Shown here: one piece after another, positions 1 through 9,067 of the stretch
Layout of the letters: each line of letters begins with the position of its first letter
Position numbering within the stretch: position 1 is the stretch's first letter
DNA from: a virus
Direction: 5' to 3' (one strand)
DNA: 64,000 nt
Virus record (IMG/VR): IMGVR_UViG_3300045303_000172
Coordinates: 1 to 64,000 of that record
The notes under the pieces: generated by a model
The model's database searches: none
The model's input: the letters and a program-made list of their open reading frames with translations, nothing else
Told to the model about the DNA's origin: nothing
Made by a program: the position numbers and the translations under genes

Positions 1-615
1 GCGTCCCTCGCGGCCATCGCGGCCATCGTGTCCCTCGCGTCCCTCGCGTCCATCGCGGCCATCGCGTCCCTCGCGGCCCTCGCGGCCATCGCGGCCCTCG
101 CGGCCCTCGCGGCCCTCGCGGCCCTCGTGTCCCTCGCGGCCATCGCGGCCCTCGCGTCCCTCGCGTCCCTCGCGTCCATCGCGGCCATCGTGTCCCTCGC
201 GGCCATCGTGTCCCTCGCGGCCCTCGCGGCCATCGCGGCCATCGCGGCTCTCGCGGCCATCGCGGCTCTCGCGGCCATCGCGGCCATCGCGGCTCTCGCG
301 TCCATCGCGGCCCTCGCGGCCATCGCGGCCCTCGCGGCCAGCGCGTCCATCGCGTCCATCGCGTCCCTCGCGTCCCTCGCGTCCATCGCGGCCCTCGCGT
401 CCCTCGCGGCCATCGCGGCCCTCGCGTCCATCGCGGCCATCGCGTCCTTCGCGGCCATCGCGTCCTTCGCGGCCCTCGCGGCCCTCGCGGCCATCGCGGC
501 CCTCGCGGCCCTCGCGGCCCTCGCGTCCCTCGCGTCCCTCGCGGCCCTCGCGTCCTTCGCGTCCCTCGCGTCCATCGCGGCCCTCGCGTCCTTCGCGGCC
601 CTCGCGTCCATCGCG
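1..615. repeat. 9-bp degenerate tandem repeat, about 68 units in window, runs off left edge
   Basis: Units GCG[G/T]CC[C/A/T]TC, occasionally GTG-starting; encodes A-[R/M/K]-[A/D] tripeptides on the minus strand. Confidence 0.97.
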
Positions 616-815
616 GGATTAATCGCTTTTAGGACTTCTTCGAGCGCTCGCGCTATGGGCTGTTCCGTGCGTAGCGACCAGCCATACGGCAACCTCACAA
701 TGTTGCGTTTGACATTGAGCTCGCGTAGATAGGCACTGAGCGCCCGCAAAATATCAGCCTCATCCAGACGGCCAGGAAAATTGCAGGCTTCCGTGTAGGC
801 TTTTAGACTCTGCAT
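1..815 (-). CDS. Repeat-containing phage protein (DUF6745-like by context), 3' end outside window
   Basis: ATG at 815, 3 nt after the upstream stop. [33 protein letters not shown]... then open through the repeat. Not in ORF track because there is no stop in the window. Confidence 0.85.
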   Translation of the reverse strand, partial: MQSLKAYTEACNFPGRLDEADILRALSAYLRELNVKRNIVRLPYGWSLRTEQPIARALEEVLKAINPAMDARAAKDARAAMDARDAKDARAARDARDARAARAARAAMAARAARAAKDAMAAKDAMAAMDARAAMAARDARAAMDARDARDAMDAMDALAARAAMAARAAMDARAAMAAMAARAAMAARAAMAAMAARAARDTMAARDTMAAMDARDARDARAAMAARDTRAARAARAARAAMAARAARDAMAAMDARDARDTMAAMAARD

Positions 816-818
816 AAG

Positions 819-1148
819 TCAATCCTGGACGCGGCGAATAGCTTCCGGGGAGTACTCGCGCTGACGCACGATTCGATACGTCCCAGGCGGGATTGTGATA
901 GTCGCGTGTTCCTGGTGCTCCAATAAGGCGTTGCCTTCTTTCACCAGCAAAAACAGATCATCCTGCGACGGTAGTTGCAGCAGATCGACCGCATTGGAGT
1001 CAGCAATGCTGTGGTGGTGGCCTGTTGCCTCACCTTCGGCGAGCACCAGTCTTCGATGTTTAGCCTTAGCCCGTTTGGCTGCCTTCGGAATTTCAGAGAT
1101 CGGGACGATTAGAATATCGCCCTGACGATAGATTTGATTGTTTTGCAT
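819..1148 (-). CDS. Conserved small phage protein (RQGD...GEATGHHH...HQEH...RQREY)
   Basis: His-rich motif set typical of the gene found upstream of DUF6745-type genes; start re-set to ATG 1148. Confidence 0.85.
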   Translation of the reverse strand: MQNNQIYRQGDILIVPISEIPKAAKRAKAKHRRLVLAEGEATGHHHSIADSNAVDLLQLPSQDDLFLLVKEGNALLEHQEHATITIPPGTYRIVRQREYSPEAIRRVQD

Positions 1149-1229
1149 GGGAGGACTCTGCGCTTGGTGGTATCGGCTGTCAAGTCGATTGTCGTTGACA
1201 TTGGTCTGAAAAGATGGATTGTAGCAGCT
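1149..1229. promoter_or_regulatory. Back-to-back divergent sigma70-like promoters, both apparently leaderless
   Basis: Minus: TTGACA(1183-1178)-17-CAGAGT-6-ATG. Plus: TTGACA(1195-1200)-16-GATTGT-7-ATG. Confidence 0.7.
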
Positions 1230-1379
1230 ATGAGCCGCCCGAAAACCTCCAAACGCACCAATAAAGGCATTAACTTCCCTCCTGAACTTTACGGGCGAAT
1301 TGTGAAGCATAGCGAGAAAACAGGCGTGCCTATTGCTCGCATCGCCCGACGCGCAATCGAGGCCGCTCTCGCTAAGTAA
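1230..1379 (+). CDS. Ribbon-helix-helix (Arc/CopG-like) regulator
   Basis: 49 aa, KGINFPPELYGRIVKHSEKTGVPIARIARRAIE; sits at the divergent promoter. Confidence 0.8.
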   Translation: MSRPKTSKRTNKGINFPPELYGRIVKHSEKTGVPIARIARRAIEAALAK

Positions 1380-1401
1380 TCCACCACACCAAATACACCC
1401 T

Positions 1402-2799
1402 ATGTTCAAGTTCACCCGTCTCCGTATTAAAAACCTTGGCCCCATTGTCGATACCGATCTGGCTCTCGACATGCCTCTGGTGATTCTCTTTGGCGAAATC
1501 GCGCAGGGCAAAACGAAGCACCTCGACGCTGTTCGCTACGTCTGCGGTGGCGCGTTCCCGCAGGACATTATCAGGCACGGCCAGAAAGAAGCCGTAGTCG
1601 AATTGGACTTCACCGACGGCTCCATCAAGCGCGAGTGGTATTGGTCCAGGGCGACAGAGGGGAAGCCCAGCGAAATCAAGGCTCGACCTGTGCAACTCAT
1701 TCGCAAAGGGCGCCTCGTTGAAAACCCAGTGGCTGAATTGAAGCGGCTTTTGAACCCGTTCATGCTGAACCAGGACTACTTTCGCAGCATGACCGAGGAT
1801 GCGCGGAAGCAATACCTCGTGGACCTCGTAGGCGTTGATACGTCGGCGCTGGACACCGAAGCAACCGCCGCGGCCAGCAAAGCCAAAGACCTGCGGGCCA
1901 AGTTGACCGGCTACGGGGACATTGACCTGACAGAAGTTAAAGAAGTGGACACGGCTGCACTGCGTCAGGAGCTTGCGACGATCCGCACCATGCACGAATC
2001 GAAGGTTGAGGCTTGGAAGAGGGAACGCACAGCGCAGGCCAACGCTCACGCGGCCGCCATCAAGGCTGTTGAGGATGAAAACGACATCATTCGCCAGGGC
2101 AACTCCACGTTCGACCGCGCCTTGCAGACACAGGACGCCTCCAAACTGGAGCTTGCCCGGTTGCAAAAGGCAGTCACCGACCTCCAGGACAGGATGCAGG
2201 CGAATACGCGCTGGATGGCAGATCACCCAAAACAACCTGAGAAACCACTGCCAAGCCAACCGGTAGCGCCAGAGCTCCCCACGGCACCAGACACTTCGGA
2301 GATCGAAGCCAAGCTCCAGAACGCGGCCGCGCAGAACGTTCGCGCTGAGAGTTACAAGCAGAACCTTGAACGCGAGAAGAAACGGCTGGCCGATGAAACC
2401 GCGTTGAAGGCGCTCGAAGACCGCCAACGGCAGATCAAGGCCGAAAAGATCGCAGCGCTCTCCAAGGTCAGTGAGAACAGCGGTGTCAAGGGCTTGACCT
2501 TCGACGAAGACGGGACACCGAAGTTTGAGGGCGTCACCGTCGGAATGCTCTCGGGATCGCAGATGATGCGGCTTTCGAGCGCGTTGGAGGCGTTGTATCC
2601 AGAGGGCCTCGGAATTCTTTTATTGGATAGAGGGGAGTCACTTGGCCGCTCGATCATGGATTACGTCCAGCACGCGGAGAAGACACATACGACGGTCCTT
2701 GCGACAGTCGTTGGTAATCCGCCGGCGGATGTCCCTGAAAAGGTGGGCGTCTTCATTTGCCGCGACGGTTTGATCTTCGATAAGGAGGCATCCAAGTGA
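1402..2799 (+). CDS. SMC/Rad50-like AAA ATPase with coiled coil
   Basis: Walker A GEIAQGKT, long coiled coil, LSGSQ signature, LLLDRGE Walker B. Confidence 0.85.
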   Translation: MFKFTRLRIKNLGPIVDTDLALDMPLVILFGEIAQGKTKHLDAVRYVCGGAFPQDIIRHGQKEAVVELDFTDGSIKREWYWSRATEGKPSEIKARPVQLIRKGRLVENPVAELKRLLNPFMLNQDYFRSMTEDARKQYLVDLVGVDTSALDTEATAAASKAKDLRAKLTGYGDIDLTEVKEVDTAALRQELATIRTMHESKVEAWKRERTAQANAHAAAIKAVEDENDIIRQGNSTFDRALQTQDASKLELARLQKAVTDLQDRMQANTRWMADHPKQPEKPLPSQPVAPELPTAPDTSEIEAKLQNAAAQNVRAESYKQNLEREKKRLADETALKALEDRQRQIKAEKIAALSKVSENSGVKGLTFDEDGTPKFEGVTVGMLSGSQMMRLSSALEALYPEGLGILLLDRGESLGRSIMDYVQHAEKTHTTVLATVVGNPPADVPEKVGVFICRDGLIFDKEASK

Positions 2800-3551
2800 A
2801 CGCCAAAGAAGCTGCCGAAGCGTTAGCGGTTCGTGTCGAATCTCAGACCGCCGTTGCCAAGCCGCTGCCGACGCCAGCGGATATGCTCCAAGCCGTTATC
2901 CAGGGCGGCGTAACCCAGGAGAACGTGGCCGCGGTCAAAGAGATCGTCGGCCTTTACGAGCGTATGGAAGACCGGCGAGCAGCCAAGACCGCCAGCCAGG
3001 CCCTTCGTGAGCTTCAAACCGAGGCTAAGAGCATCGCGGGAACAAAGGGCGTCCCGGATAAGCAGGGCAACATCAAATACAAATATGCCCCCTACGAGGA
3101 AATCATGGCGAAGGCTCAACCACTGCTGACGAAATACGGGTTCAGCGTCCGGTTCTCACAGAAGATGGAGTCTGACCGAACTACCGTGACTTGCATCCTC
3201 ACCCACGACGACGGACACGCCTTCACTAACGAATTCACCGTACGGGTTGGCAGCGGGCCACCGAACGCAACCGCTCCCCAGGCTGACGCAGGAGCCGGGA
3301 CCACAGCCCAACGTGAGGCGTTCTGTGACGCTCTCAACATCGTTCGCTGCCGCGACGATGACGCGCACCTGGTTGGAGCGCCCATTACCAAGGACCAAGC
3401 CGACGAGCTAGAACGGCGCGTGCATGAAACAAACTCGGATAAGGCAGCGTTTCTCAAGCTGGCCGGGGCAGCGACGTTTGCCGAGATTGGCAGCGTGAAA
3501 TACGAGATGTTGGACCAGCTTTTACAGCGTAAAGAGAAGAGGGGTAAGTAG
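2796..3551 (+). CDS. erf: ERF-family single-strand annealing protein
   Basis: YKYAPYEEI...PLL..YG, TVTCILTH..G, PQA.AG..T..R..F...LNI...DDDA pattern. Confidence 0.85.
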   Translation: MNAKEAAEALAVRVESQTAVAKPLPTPADMLQAVIQGGVTQENVAAVKEIVGLYERMEDRRAAKTASQALRELQTEAKSIAGTKGVPDKQGNIKYKYAPYEEIMAKAQPLLTKYGFSVRFSQKMESDRTTVTCILTHDDGHAFTNEFTVRVGSGPPNATAPQADAGAGTTAQREAFCDALNIVRCRDDDAHLVGAPITKDQADELERRVHETNSDKAAFLKLAGAATFAEIGSVKYEMLDQLLQRKEKRGK

Positions 3552-3553
3552 GC

Positions 3554-4237
3554 ATGAAGATTCACACTGAGTTCCAGCAAAATTCCCTCGAATGGCTTTT
3601 GGCGAGAGCCGGGGTTGTCACCGCCAGCGAGTTCGATTCAATCATGACGCCCGAGTTCAAGCCGCGGACTGGCGAAACCGTGAAGTCCTACCTCGCCTTA
3701 AAGCTGGCCGAGTGGTGGACGGGTGGCCCCATGCCGGGGTTCAATACGATCGACATGGAGTTTGGGAAAATCCGGGAGGACGAAGCCATCCCGACTTACA
3801 CCCTCGAAACCGGCATTGCGATTCAGCGCGTAGCCTTCATCACGACCGACGACGGAAAGATTGGGTGCTCGCCGGACGGACTGATCGGCGACGACTCAGG
3901 CATTGAGGTAAAATGCCCGCTTCCGCAGACACATGTAAAATATCTACTGAGCGGCATTGTTCCGAAGGACTACGCCGCTCAGGTCCACGGCGCCATGTAC
4001 GTGACTGGCCGTTCGCATTGGGTTTTCATGTCCTACTCGCCGAGGTTCCCGTTGCTCATTATCGACGTAGAGCGTGACGAAGAGATCCAGGAGAAGATTG
4101 GTTCTGCCTTGGGTGACTTCCTTGAGATGCTGGCCGAGGCGCAGGAACGGCTGATCGCGCTCAACGGTGGACCGCCGCGCAGACTTGAGCCGTCAGTCCC
4201 AATCGTTAAGAAGGTAGTGGAGGACATCTACGCATGA
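3554..4237 (+). CDS. YqaJ/lambda-type exonuclease
   Basis: EWL.AR.G.VTAS, GCSPDGL, IEVKCP, Y.AQV motifs. Confidence 0.93.
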   Translation: MKIHTEFQQNSLEWLLARAGVVTASEFDSIMTPEFKPRTGETVKSYLALKLAEWWTGGPMPGFNTIDMEFGKIREDEAIPTYTLETGIAIQRVAFITTDDGKIGCSPDGLIGDDSGIEVKCPLPQTHVKYLLSGIVPKDYAAQVHGAMYVTGRSHWVFMSYSPRFPLLIIDVERDEEIQEKIGSALGDFLEMLAEAQERLIALNGGPPRRLEPSVPIVKKVVEDIYA

Positions 4238-4605
4238 GCAGCAAAATTCAAATCGAATCACTCGCCTGCGGAGCTGGCGACATCAAGCTCTCGTTCAACT
4301 CCAACGACCCGATGGAAGTCGAACGAGCCAAGCGTGTAGTCGTTGACATGCTCCGCAGAGGTTACAGCCTCTTCATTCAAGGCACCGATGGCACCATGAC
4401 CCGAGTCGCAGCCTTCGACGAAAAGGCCGGGTGCTATCTCATTGCCTGCGGACCTGAGATTGCGCCGACGCCATTGACCGAGGAAGAGAAAGTCGTTGAA
4501 CCACCGCCAGCAGTAGAGCCGAAGCGCGGACGTGGCCGACCGCGTAAAGCCGTTAAAATGTCCCACGCCAAAGTCGTTGCTGTTGGCCGTTCTGCTGGAG
4601 GGTGA
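4234..4605 (+). CDS. Hypothetical protein with AT-hook-like motif and C-terminal GG
   Basis: KRGRGRPRK; ends VVAVGRSAGG; ATGA-coupled to exonuclease gene. Confidence 0.8.
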   Translation: MSSKIQIESLACGAGDIKLSFNSNDPMEVERAKRVVVDMLRRGYSLFIQGTDGTMTRVAAFDEKAGCYLIACGPEIAPTPLTEEEKVVEPPPAVEPKRGRGRPRKAVKMSHAKVVAVGRSAGG

Positions 4606-5318
4606 TTATGCCGCCGACACTTCCAACCTACCGACAACTTGCCTCTCGCTCTGTCGCCGCCGCGAAAGAGAAGCATGAGTGGGCAGGCTTTCCTATGCCC
4701 ATCGAAGGCCAACGGCTTGTCATTGCCGATGGCTACCCCTATAAGGACGGCTTGGAACGCTTCCAGTTCGGAACCACGCTACACGTCGATACCACCGAGA
4801 CAGTCAACGAGTGCCCTGACTGCGAGATAAACCGCTTCTACTCCTGTTACAAAGGGACGGACGTCGTTGTAATCAGACAGGCGAACGGGCGTACGACTTA
4901 CGGGCTCAATACTCACAACCGGGCTAAGATGCTGCTGGATACCATTGGCGCATCGTTCGCTTGGCCGATGGAGGCCGAGCTGAAAGCAACCGAGAAACTA
5001 GAGGAACTGATCGGGCGCGACCGATTGACGGTCTATCTACTCACCGGCTGCTTCCTGGAAACGAGCAAGCGTAGCGGCGTCATTTATATGTTCCGCAAGT
5101 CCCGCCCAACGATTGCCATTTCACAGAGCGATGGCGAATTGAAGATCCTCTGCGCCCTCTGCCTGCACCCGGTTGGCTATTATCAGGGGACGTGGGCGGG
5201 GACGATGACGCCGACCGACGACGTTGTGGCGCATCTCATTTTGATGCGTGGCGATGAACACAAGTATTGGGCGCATTCCAGCCAGCATCCGGCGTATAGA
5301 CACGAGGCCGGGCTATGA
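4602..5318 (+). CDS. Hypothetical protein with CLHP...PTDD...DE motif
   Basis: GTGA-coupled to the GG-tailed gene; globular C-terminal half. Confidence 0.8.
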   Translation: MIMPPTLPTYRQLASRSVAAAKEKHEWAGFPMPIEGQRLVIADGYPYKDGLERFQFGTTLHVDTTETVNECPDCEINRFYSCYKGTDVVVIRQANGRTTYGLNTHNRAKMLLDTIGASFAWPMEAELKATEKLEELIGRDRLTVYLLTGCFLETSKRSGVIYMFRKSRPTIAISQSDGELKILCALCLHPVGYYQGTWAGTMTPTDDVVAHLILMRGDEHKYWAHSSQHPAYRHEAGL

Positions 5319-5500
5319 GCGACGACACCAAACGCGGAGAAGACCGAGAGTTGCGCTGTGACTTCTGCGACAAGGTTTCGTCCATTATGCAAGTCGAGAT
5401 CGAATACGAGACTGAGCCAAACACGCTTACGAACCTACGAAGCGTAGGATACGTTAAATGGAAGTGCCCATTCTGCGGCTGCTTCAACCCTGAAACATGA
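5315..5500 (+). CDS. Small zinc-ribbon protein
   Basis: CDFC...CPFC; coupled on both sides. Confidence 0.65.
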   Translation: MSDDTKRGEDRELRCDFCDKVSSIMQVEIEYETEPNTLTNLRSVGYVKWKCPFCGCFNPET

Positions 5501-5898
5501 GCACCAAAAAGAAAGTTGTTTTCAGCTTCGACGAAGAAGTGAGCCCCGGACGATTTGAGACTCGGAGCCTGATTGGGCGCATCGGTAAGCACAAGAGCGG
5601 GCCGCGAGACATGCCGGACTGGGTATCGCGTGACTACGCTCTGGTTGTGCCGTGCAAATTCATCCGTTGTCCGCTGAACCGCTCTGAACATTGCTCGATG
5701 CCGAGCGGGATAAAGATCGGAGCCGACGCTTCTTGCACGACCGGGCGCGATCTTGTGGACAAGCCCCCTGTCCAACCAAAGCGAACGGTTTGCAAGTGGT
5801 GTGGCGGAGAAATCGTTCCCGAGTATTCAGAGTTCGGGCGTCCGATTGTTTGGCAGCACCTCAACGAGAAACTCAGCCACCAAGCTGAACCACGATGA
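5497..5898 (+). CDS. Hypothetical Cys-rich protein
   Basis: Coupled ORF in operon. Confidence 0.6.
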   Translation: MSTKKKVVFSFDEEVSPGRFETRSLIGRIGKHKSGPRDMPDWVSRDYALVVPCKFIRCPLNRSEHCSMPSGIKIGADASCTTGRDLVDKPPVQPKRTVCKWCGGEIVPEYSEFGRPIVWQHLNEKLSHQAEPR

Positions 5899-6071
5899 AG
5901 GAAAAGAAAAAGCACCGTCGCCTGATCCGCGTGCAGATGAACCTGGACGAGCTTAATTCGTTGCCGCCACTTCTCCGCAGCCGGATCATCAGCCGCGCCT
6001 ATCGTGAGTCGGTAAAGGAGCGCAAACTGCAAAGGTTCCAGGACGCGCTCGATTACGAGGAAGATCTGTGA
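5895..6071 (+). CDS. Hypothetical 58-aa protein (below ORF-track cutoff)
   Basis: MKEKKKHRRLIRVQMNL...YEEDL; ATGA and GTGA overlaps at both ends. Confidence 0.65.
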   Translation: MKEKKKHRRLIRVQMNLDELNSLPPLLRSRIISRAYRESVKERKLQRFQDALDYEEDL

Positions 6072-6325
6072 CCGCCAGCCAGCTCCAGAACATCTGTCGC
6101 ATCCTCAGTAACAACGGCTGGTGCCGCTACTGGCTCAATTTCTACAACACCGAGAAACACGTCGACATGGCTATCCACTGCATCGACTATAAAGGGACGC
6201 CGCAGTCGGTCTATGGACTGGAAGCGAAAGGCTTTCGACATGCGGACGCGATGGGGTTGACTGGCGTTTACATCATCAAGCGCACGAACGACGATGGCAG
6301 CGATTTTGAGAGCAAGGTTTTCTAG
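6068..6325 (+). CDS. Hypothetical protein
   Basis: Coupled ORF. Confidence 0.6.
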   Translation: MTASQLQNICRILSNNGWCRYWLNFYNTEKHVDMAIHCIDYKGTPQSVYGLEAKGFRHADAMGLTGVYIIKRTNDDGSDFESKVF

Positions 6326-6360
6326 ACGGTAAACAAAACACACCTAACGAAAGTTAAACT

Positions 6361-7257
6361 ATGGGATACGGAACATTCGACGCGGGAGCCTACCGCTCGT
6401 TCAGTGCGAGCACGGCCAGCAAATCCACGGACGAGATTTATTCGTCCCGCAACCTCCACAAAGACCTAGACCCAAAAGGCGTCAAGCTCCGCGAATCCCG
6501 CGACAGCGCCGACAACCCCAGCTCGACGCCAATCATCGTCGCCATCGACGTGACCGGCAGCATGGGTATGATCGCTGACGTGCTCGCGCGCCAGGGGCTC
6601 GGCACGCTGTTCAAGGAACTACTCGAAGGCAAAGCGGCAGCCAACCCGCACCTGATGTTCATGGCCATTGGGGACGCTTACTGCGACCAAGCGCCGTTGC
6701 AGGTATCGCAGTTCGAGGCCGACAACCGCATCGTTGAGCAACTTACGAAAATCTGGATCGAGCACGGTGGCGGCGGAAACGATTCCGAGAGTTACAATCT
6801 GCCGTGGTATTTTGCGGCCAACCACACCGAACACGACAGCATGGTGAAAAGGGGAAAGCGTGGCTATTTGTTTACGGTCGGTGATGAGTGCGCCCCGCAA
6901 TCTCTCACTTGCGACCAGATCGAGAGATTCATCGGTGACAAGATGGAGCGCGCCCAGTTCAGCGACGAGATGCTCCGCGACGCACAGCGCAAGTACGAGT
7001 GCTACCACGTCGTCATTGCTGAAGGCGATCATGCCCGTAGCCACGCCGATCAAGTGCGCCAAACTTGGGCCGACATGGTTGGTCAGCGCATGATCTGGCT
7101 CAAAGATCACACGAAGCTGGCTGAAACGGTGGTAAGCGCCATCGCTATTGCTGAGGGCCAAGCAGCCGAAGCGGCCAAGAAGTTTGGTGTCCACGTCTTT
7201 GACGCTGTGAAGAACCTGCCAGCCAGCAAAACTCCACGTCTTGCGCTTACGGCATGA
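6361..7257 (+). CDS. vWA-domain protein
   Basis: MIDAS-like IDVTGSM, GGGGN.SESY, FTVGDE. Confidence 0.88.
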   Translation: MGYGTFDAGAYRSFSASTASKSTDEIYSSRNLHKDLDPKGVKLRESRDSADNPSSTPIIVAIDVTGSMGMIADVLARQGLGTLFKELLEGKAAANPHLMFMAIGDAYCDQAPLQVSQFEADNRIVEQLTKIWIEHGGGGNDSESYNLPWYFAANHTEHDSMVKRGKRGYLFTVGDECAPQSLTCDQIERFIGDKMERAQFSDEMLRDAQRKYECYHVVIAEGDHARSHADQVRQTWADMVGQRMIWLKDHTKLAETVVSAIAIAEGQAAEAAKKFGVHVFDAVKNLPASKTPRLALTA

Positions 7258-8288
7258 GGGCAAGAATTGTTATCGGTGCCTCCTTCGGTGATGAATCGAA
7301 GGGGGCCTGCGTCGATTGGCTTTGTTCCAAAGGCGCGGGCGTTGTTGTCCGGTTTAACGGCGGCGGGCAGGCAGGGCATACTGTTGTAACTCCAGACGGC
7401 GACCGTCACGTCTTCCGACACTGCGGAAGTGGCACACTACTTGGGGTGCCGACATTCTTGTCGCAGTACTTCGTTTGCAATCCTATCCTGTTCTTTGCTG
7501 AGCGGCAGCAGCTCATTGAACTCGGATACCATCCCGTCGTGTTCGCGCACCCGGAGTGCCTTGTGACCACATTCGCAGACATGCTCATCAACCAGATCAA
7601 GGAAACCAAACGCGGGAGCGCCCGCCATGGTTCCTGCGGGGTTGGCTTCCATGAAACAATCGTTCGTTCCCAGGTGAAGGAGCTCAAGATCACCATGGGC
7701 GACCTTTGGAATGGAGTGAACATCGAACCGCAGCTTGCCGAGATTTGCGACAAATACGCCCGCTATCGTGTCGGCCATAAATTCGACGAACCTGAAGCCT
7801 GCAAGGCTTTCATCGAAGCCTGCCGAGACTTCGCTCAGTGCATTCACCCGGCAGGCATTGGTCAGTGCAAAGATCCGGTGTTTGAGGGGGCCCAGGGCTT
7901 GTTGCTGGATCAGAACAACAAGGAATTTTTCCCACACCTGACGCACTCAAATACCGGGATGCGGAACATCGAAGTGCTCTGCGCTCAGGCGGGAATCACG
8001 GACAAGGAGATTTACTACGTGAGCCGGACTTACCTGACGCGCCATGGAGCTGGCCCGCTGCCAGGCGAAGACCCGACGATGTCCTTCGAGGACAACACAA
8101 ATCACCAGACGCGCTTTCAAGGCTCGCTCAGATTCGCTCCGCTTGACGAACGCTCGCTGATTTCACGGTGCAAAGAGGACGCTGGATCAAATGGCTTTAA
8201 GCTGGTCCTGACTCACTGCGACCAACTGCCAGCGAAGATCGAAGCCGATCATTATGCTTGGGGTCCGACCAGGAAGGACATGAAATAA
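7254..8288 (+). CDS. Adenylosuccinate synthetase-like protein (divergent PurA family)
   Basis: FGDESKG, RFNGG.QAGHTV, FEGAQGLLLD, T.SNTG, Y.TRHGAGP.P. Confidence 0.88.
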   Translation: MRARIVIGASFGDESKGACVDWLCSKGAGVVVRFNGGGQAGHTVVTPDGDRHVFRHCGSGTLLGVPTFLSQYFVCNPILFFAERQQLIELGYHPVVFAHPECLVTTFADMLINQIKETKRGSARHGSCGVGFHETIVRSQVKELKITMGDLWNGVNIEPQLAEICDKYARYRVGHKFDEPEACKAFIEACRDFAQCIHPAGIGQCKDPVFEGAQGLLLDQNNKEFFPHLTHSNTGMRNIEVLCAQAGITDKEIYYVSRTYLTRHGAGPLPGEDPTMSFEDNTNHQTRFQGSLRFAPLDERSLISRCKEDAGSNGFKLVLTHCDQLPAKIEADHYAWGPTRKDMK

Positions 8289-8290
8289 AT

Positions 8291-8725
8291 ATGAAAGCAA
8301 TCAGCCTTTGGGAGCCGTGGGCATCGGCAATGGCTCTCGGAGTGAAACACAACGAAACCCGTAGTTGGCCGACCTGTCACCGTGGTGACTTAGTGATCTG
8401 CGCGGCCAAGCGACCAATTGACGATTTTAGCTGGAAGCTTGTGGAGCTATTCGGCGTGGACGTTGAGACATTCCAACTTGGTTACGGGAACGCCTTATGT
8501 GTCGTTGACCTTTGTGAGTGCGCGAATACAGAAGATTTCCAGGGCGCGACACCTCTGCATCTGACCGCAGTTGAGGCGATGCTTGGCAACTACGAACCGA
8601 GGCGCTTTGCTTGGTTAACTCGGAACTGCCGAAAGCTCAGGCGACCAGTCCAGGTCCGTGGCCAGCAAGGACTCTGGACGCTCAATGATGCGACAAACTC
8701 TGCCATTCTCGCGCAAATCCAATGA
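8291..8725 (+). CDS. ASCH-domain protein
   Basis: MKAISLWEPWAS...GVKHNETRSW...RG.L.I.A, RGQQGLW. Confidence 0.88.
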   Translation: MKAISLWEPWASAMALGVKHNETRSWPTCHRGDLVICAAKRPIDDFSWKLVELFGVDVETFQLGYGNALCVVDLCECANTEDFQGATPLHLTAVEAMLGNYEPRRFAWLTRNCRKLRRPVQVRGQQGLWTLNDATNSAILAQIQ

Positions 8726-9067
8726 GCGCGCCCAAGCCCCGCCGTCTAATGACGCCCGACGAGATGCAGGCCGTCGAACGGATGCACTGTGTCCGTTACC
8801 TGCCAGCATCTTGGGAAAAACGTTTCATGCGCGATCTGTCGTCCGGCGAGACGATCACCGAGGCGCAAGCCCCGCAGTTGTGGCGGCTGTTCGTGCGTTA
8901 CAGGAAGCAGCTTCCAGACTTTCCTGACAAAGCGCGGCTGCTCAAAGTGGCCGAGAGCTTAGCCGCGCCCGATCTTCGGCAAACTCGAAGCCGCTCGACG
9001 TGAGCAGGCGCGTATCGACAAGATGAAGGCTGACTATGCGGCAGCGATGAACACCTCAAACAAATGA
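8722..9067 (+). pseudogene. Hypothetical gene with apparent 1-nt insertion near 8978
   Basis: Frame stops at 9003; the +1 frame continues KLEAARREQARIDKMKADY... to a TGA overlapping ATG 9064. Confidence 0.6.

Noticed and set aside
1-615. Repeat as CRISPR array
   Set aside because: Contiguous 9-mers with no unique spacers; no cas genes.
28-732. 234-aa Ala/Leu/Ile/Ser ORF on + strand
   Set aside because: Antisense shadow of the 9-bp repeat; the minus frame has a proper start, a unique N-terminus and operon context.
7254-8288. PurZ / Z-genome system
   Set aside because: Catalytic Asp retained (GDESKG); no DatZ, MazZ or DNA polymerase gene seen in the window.
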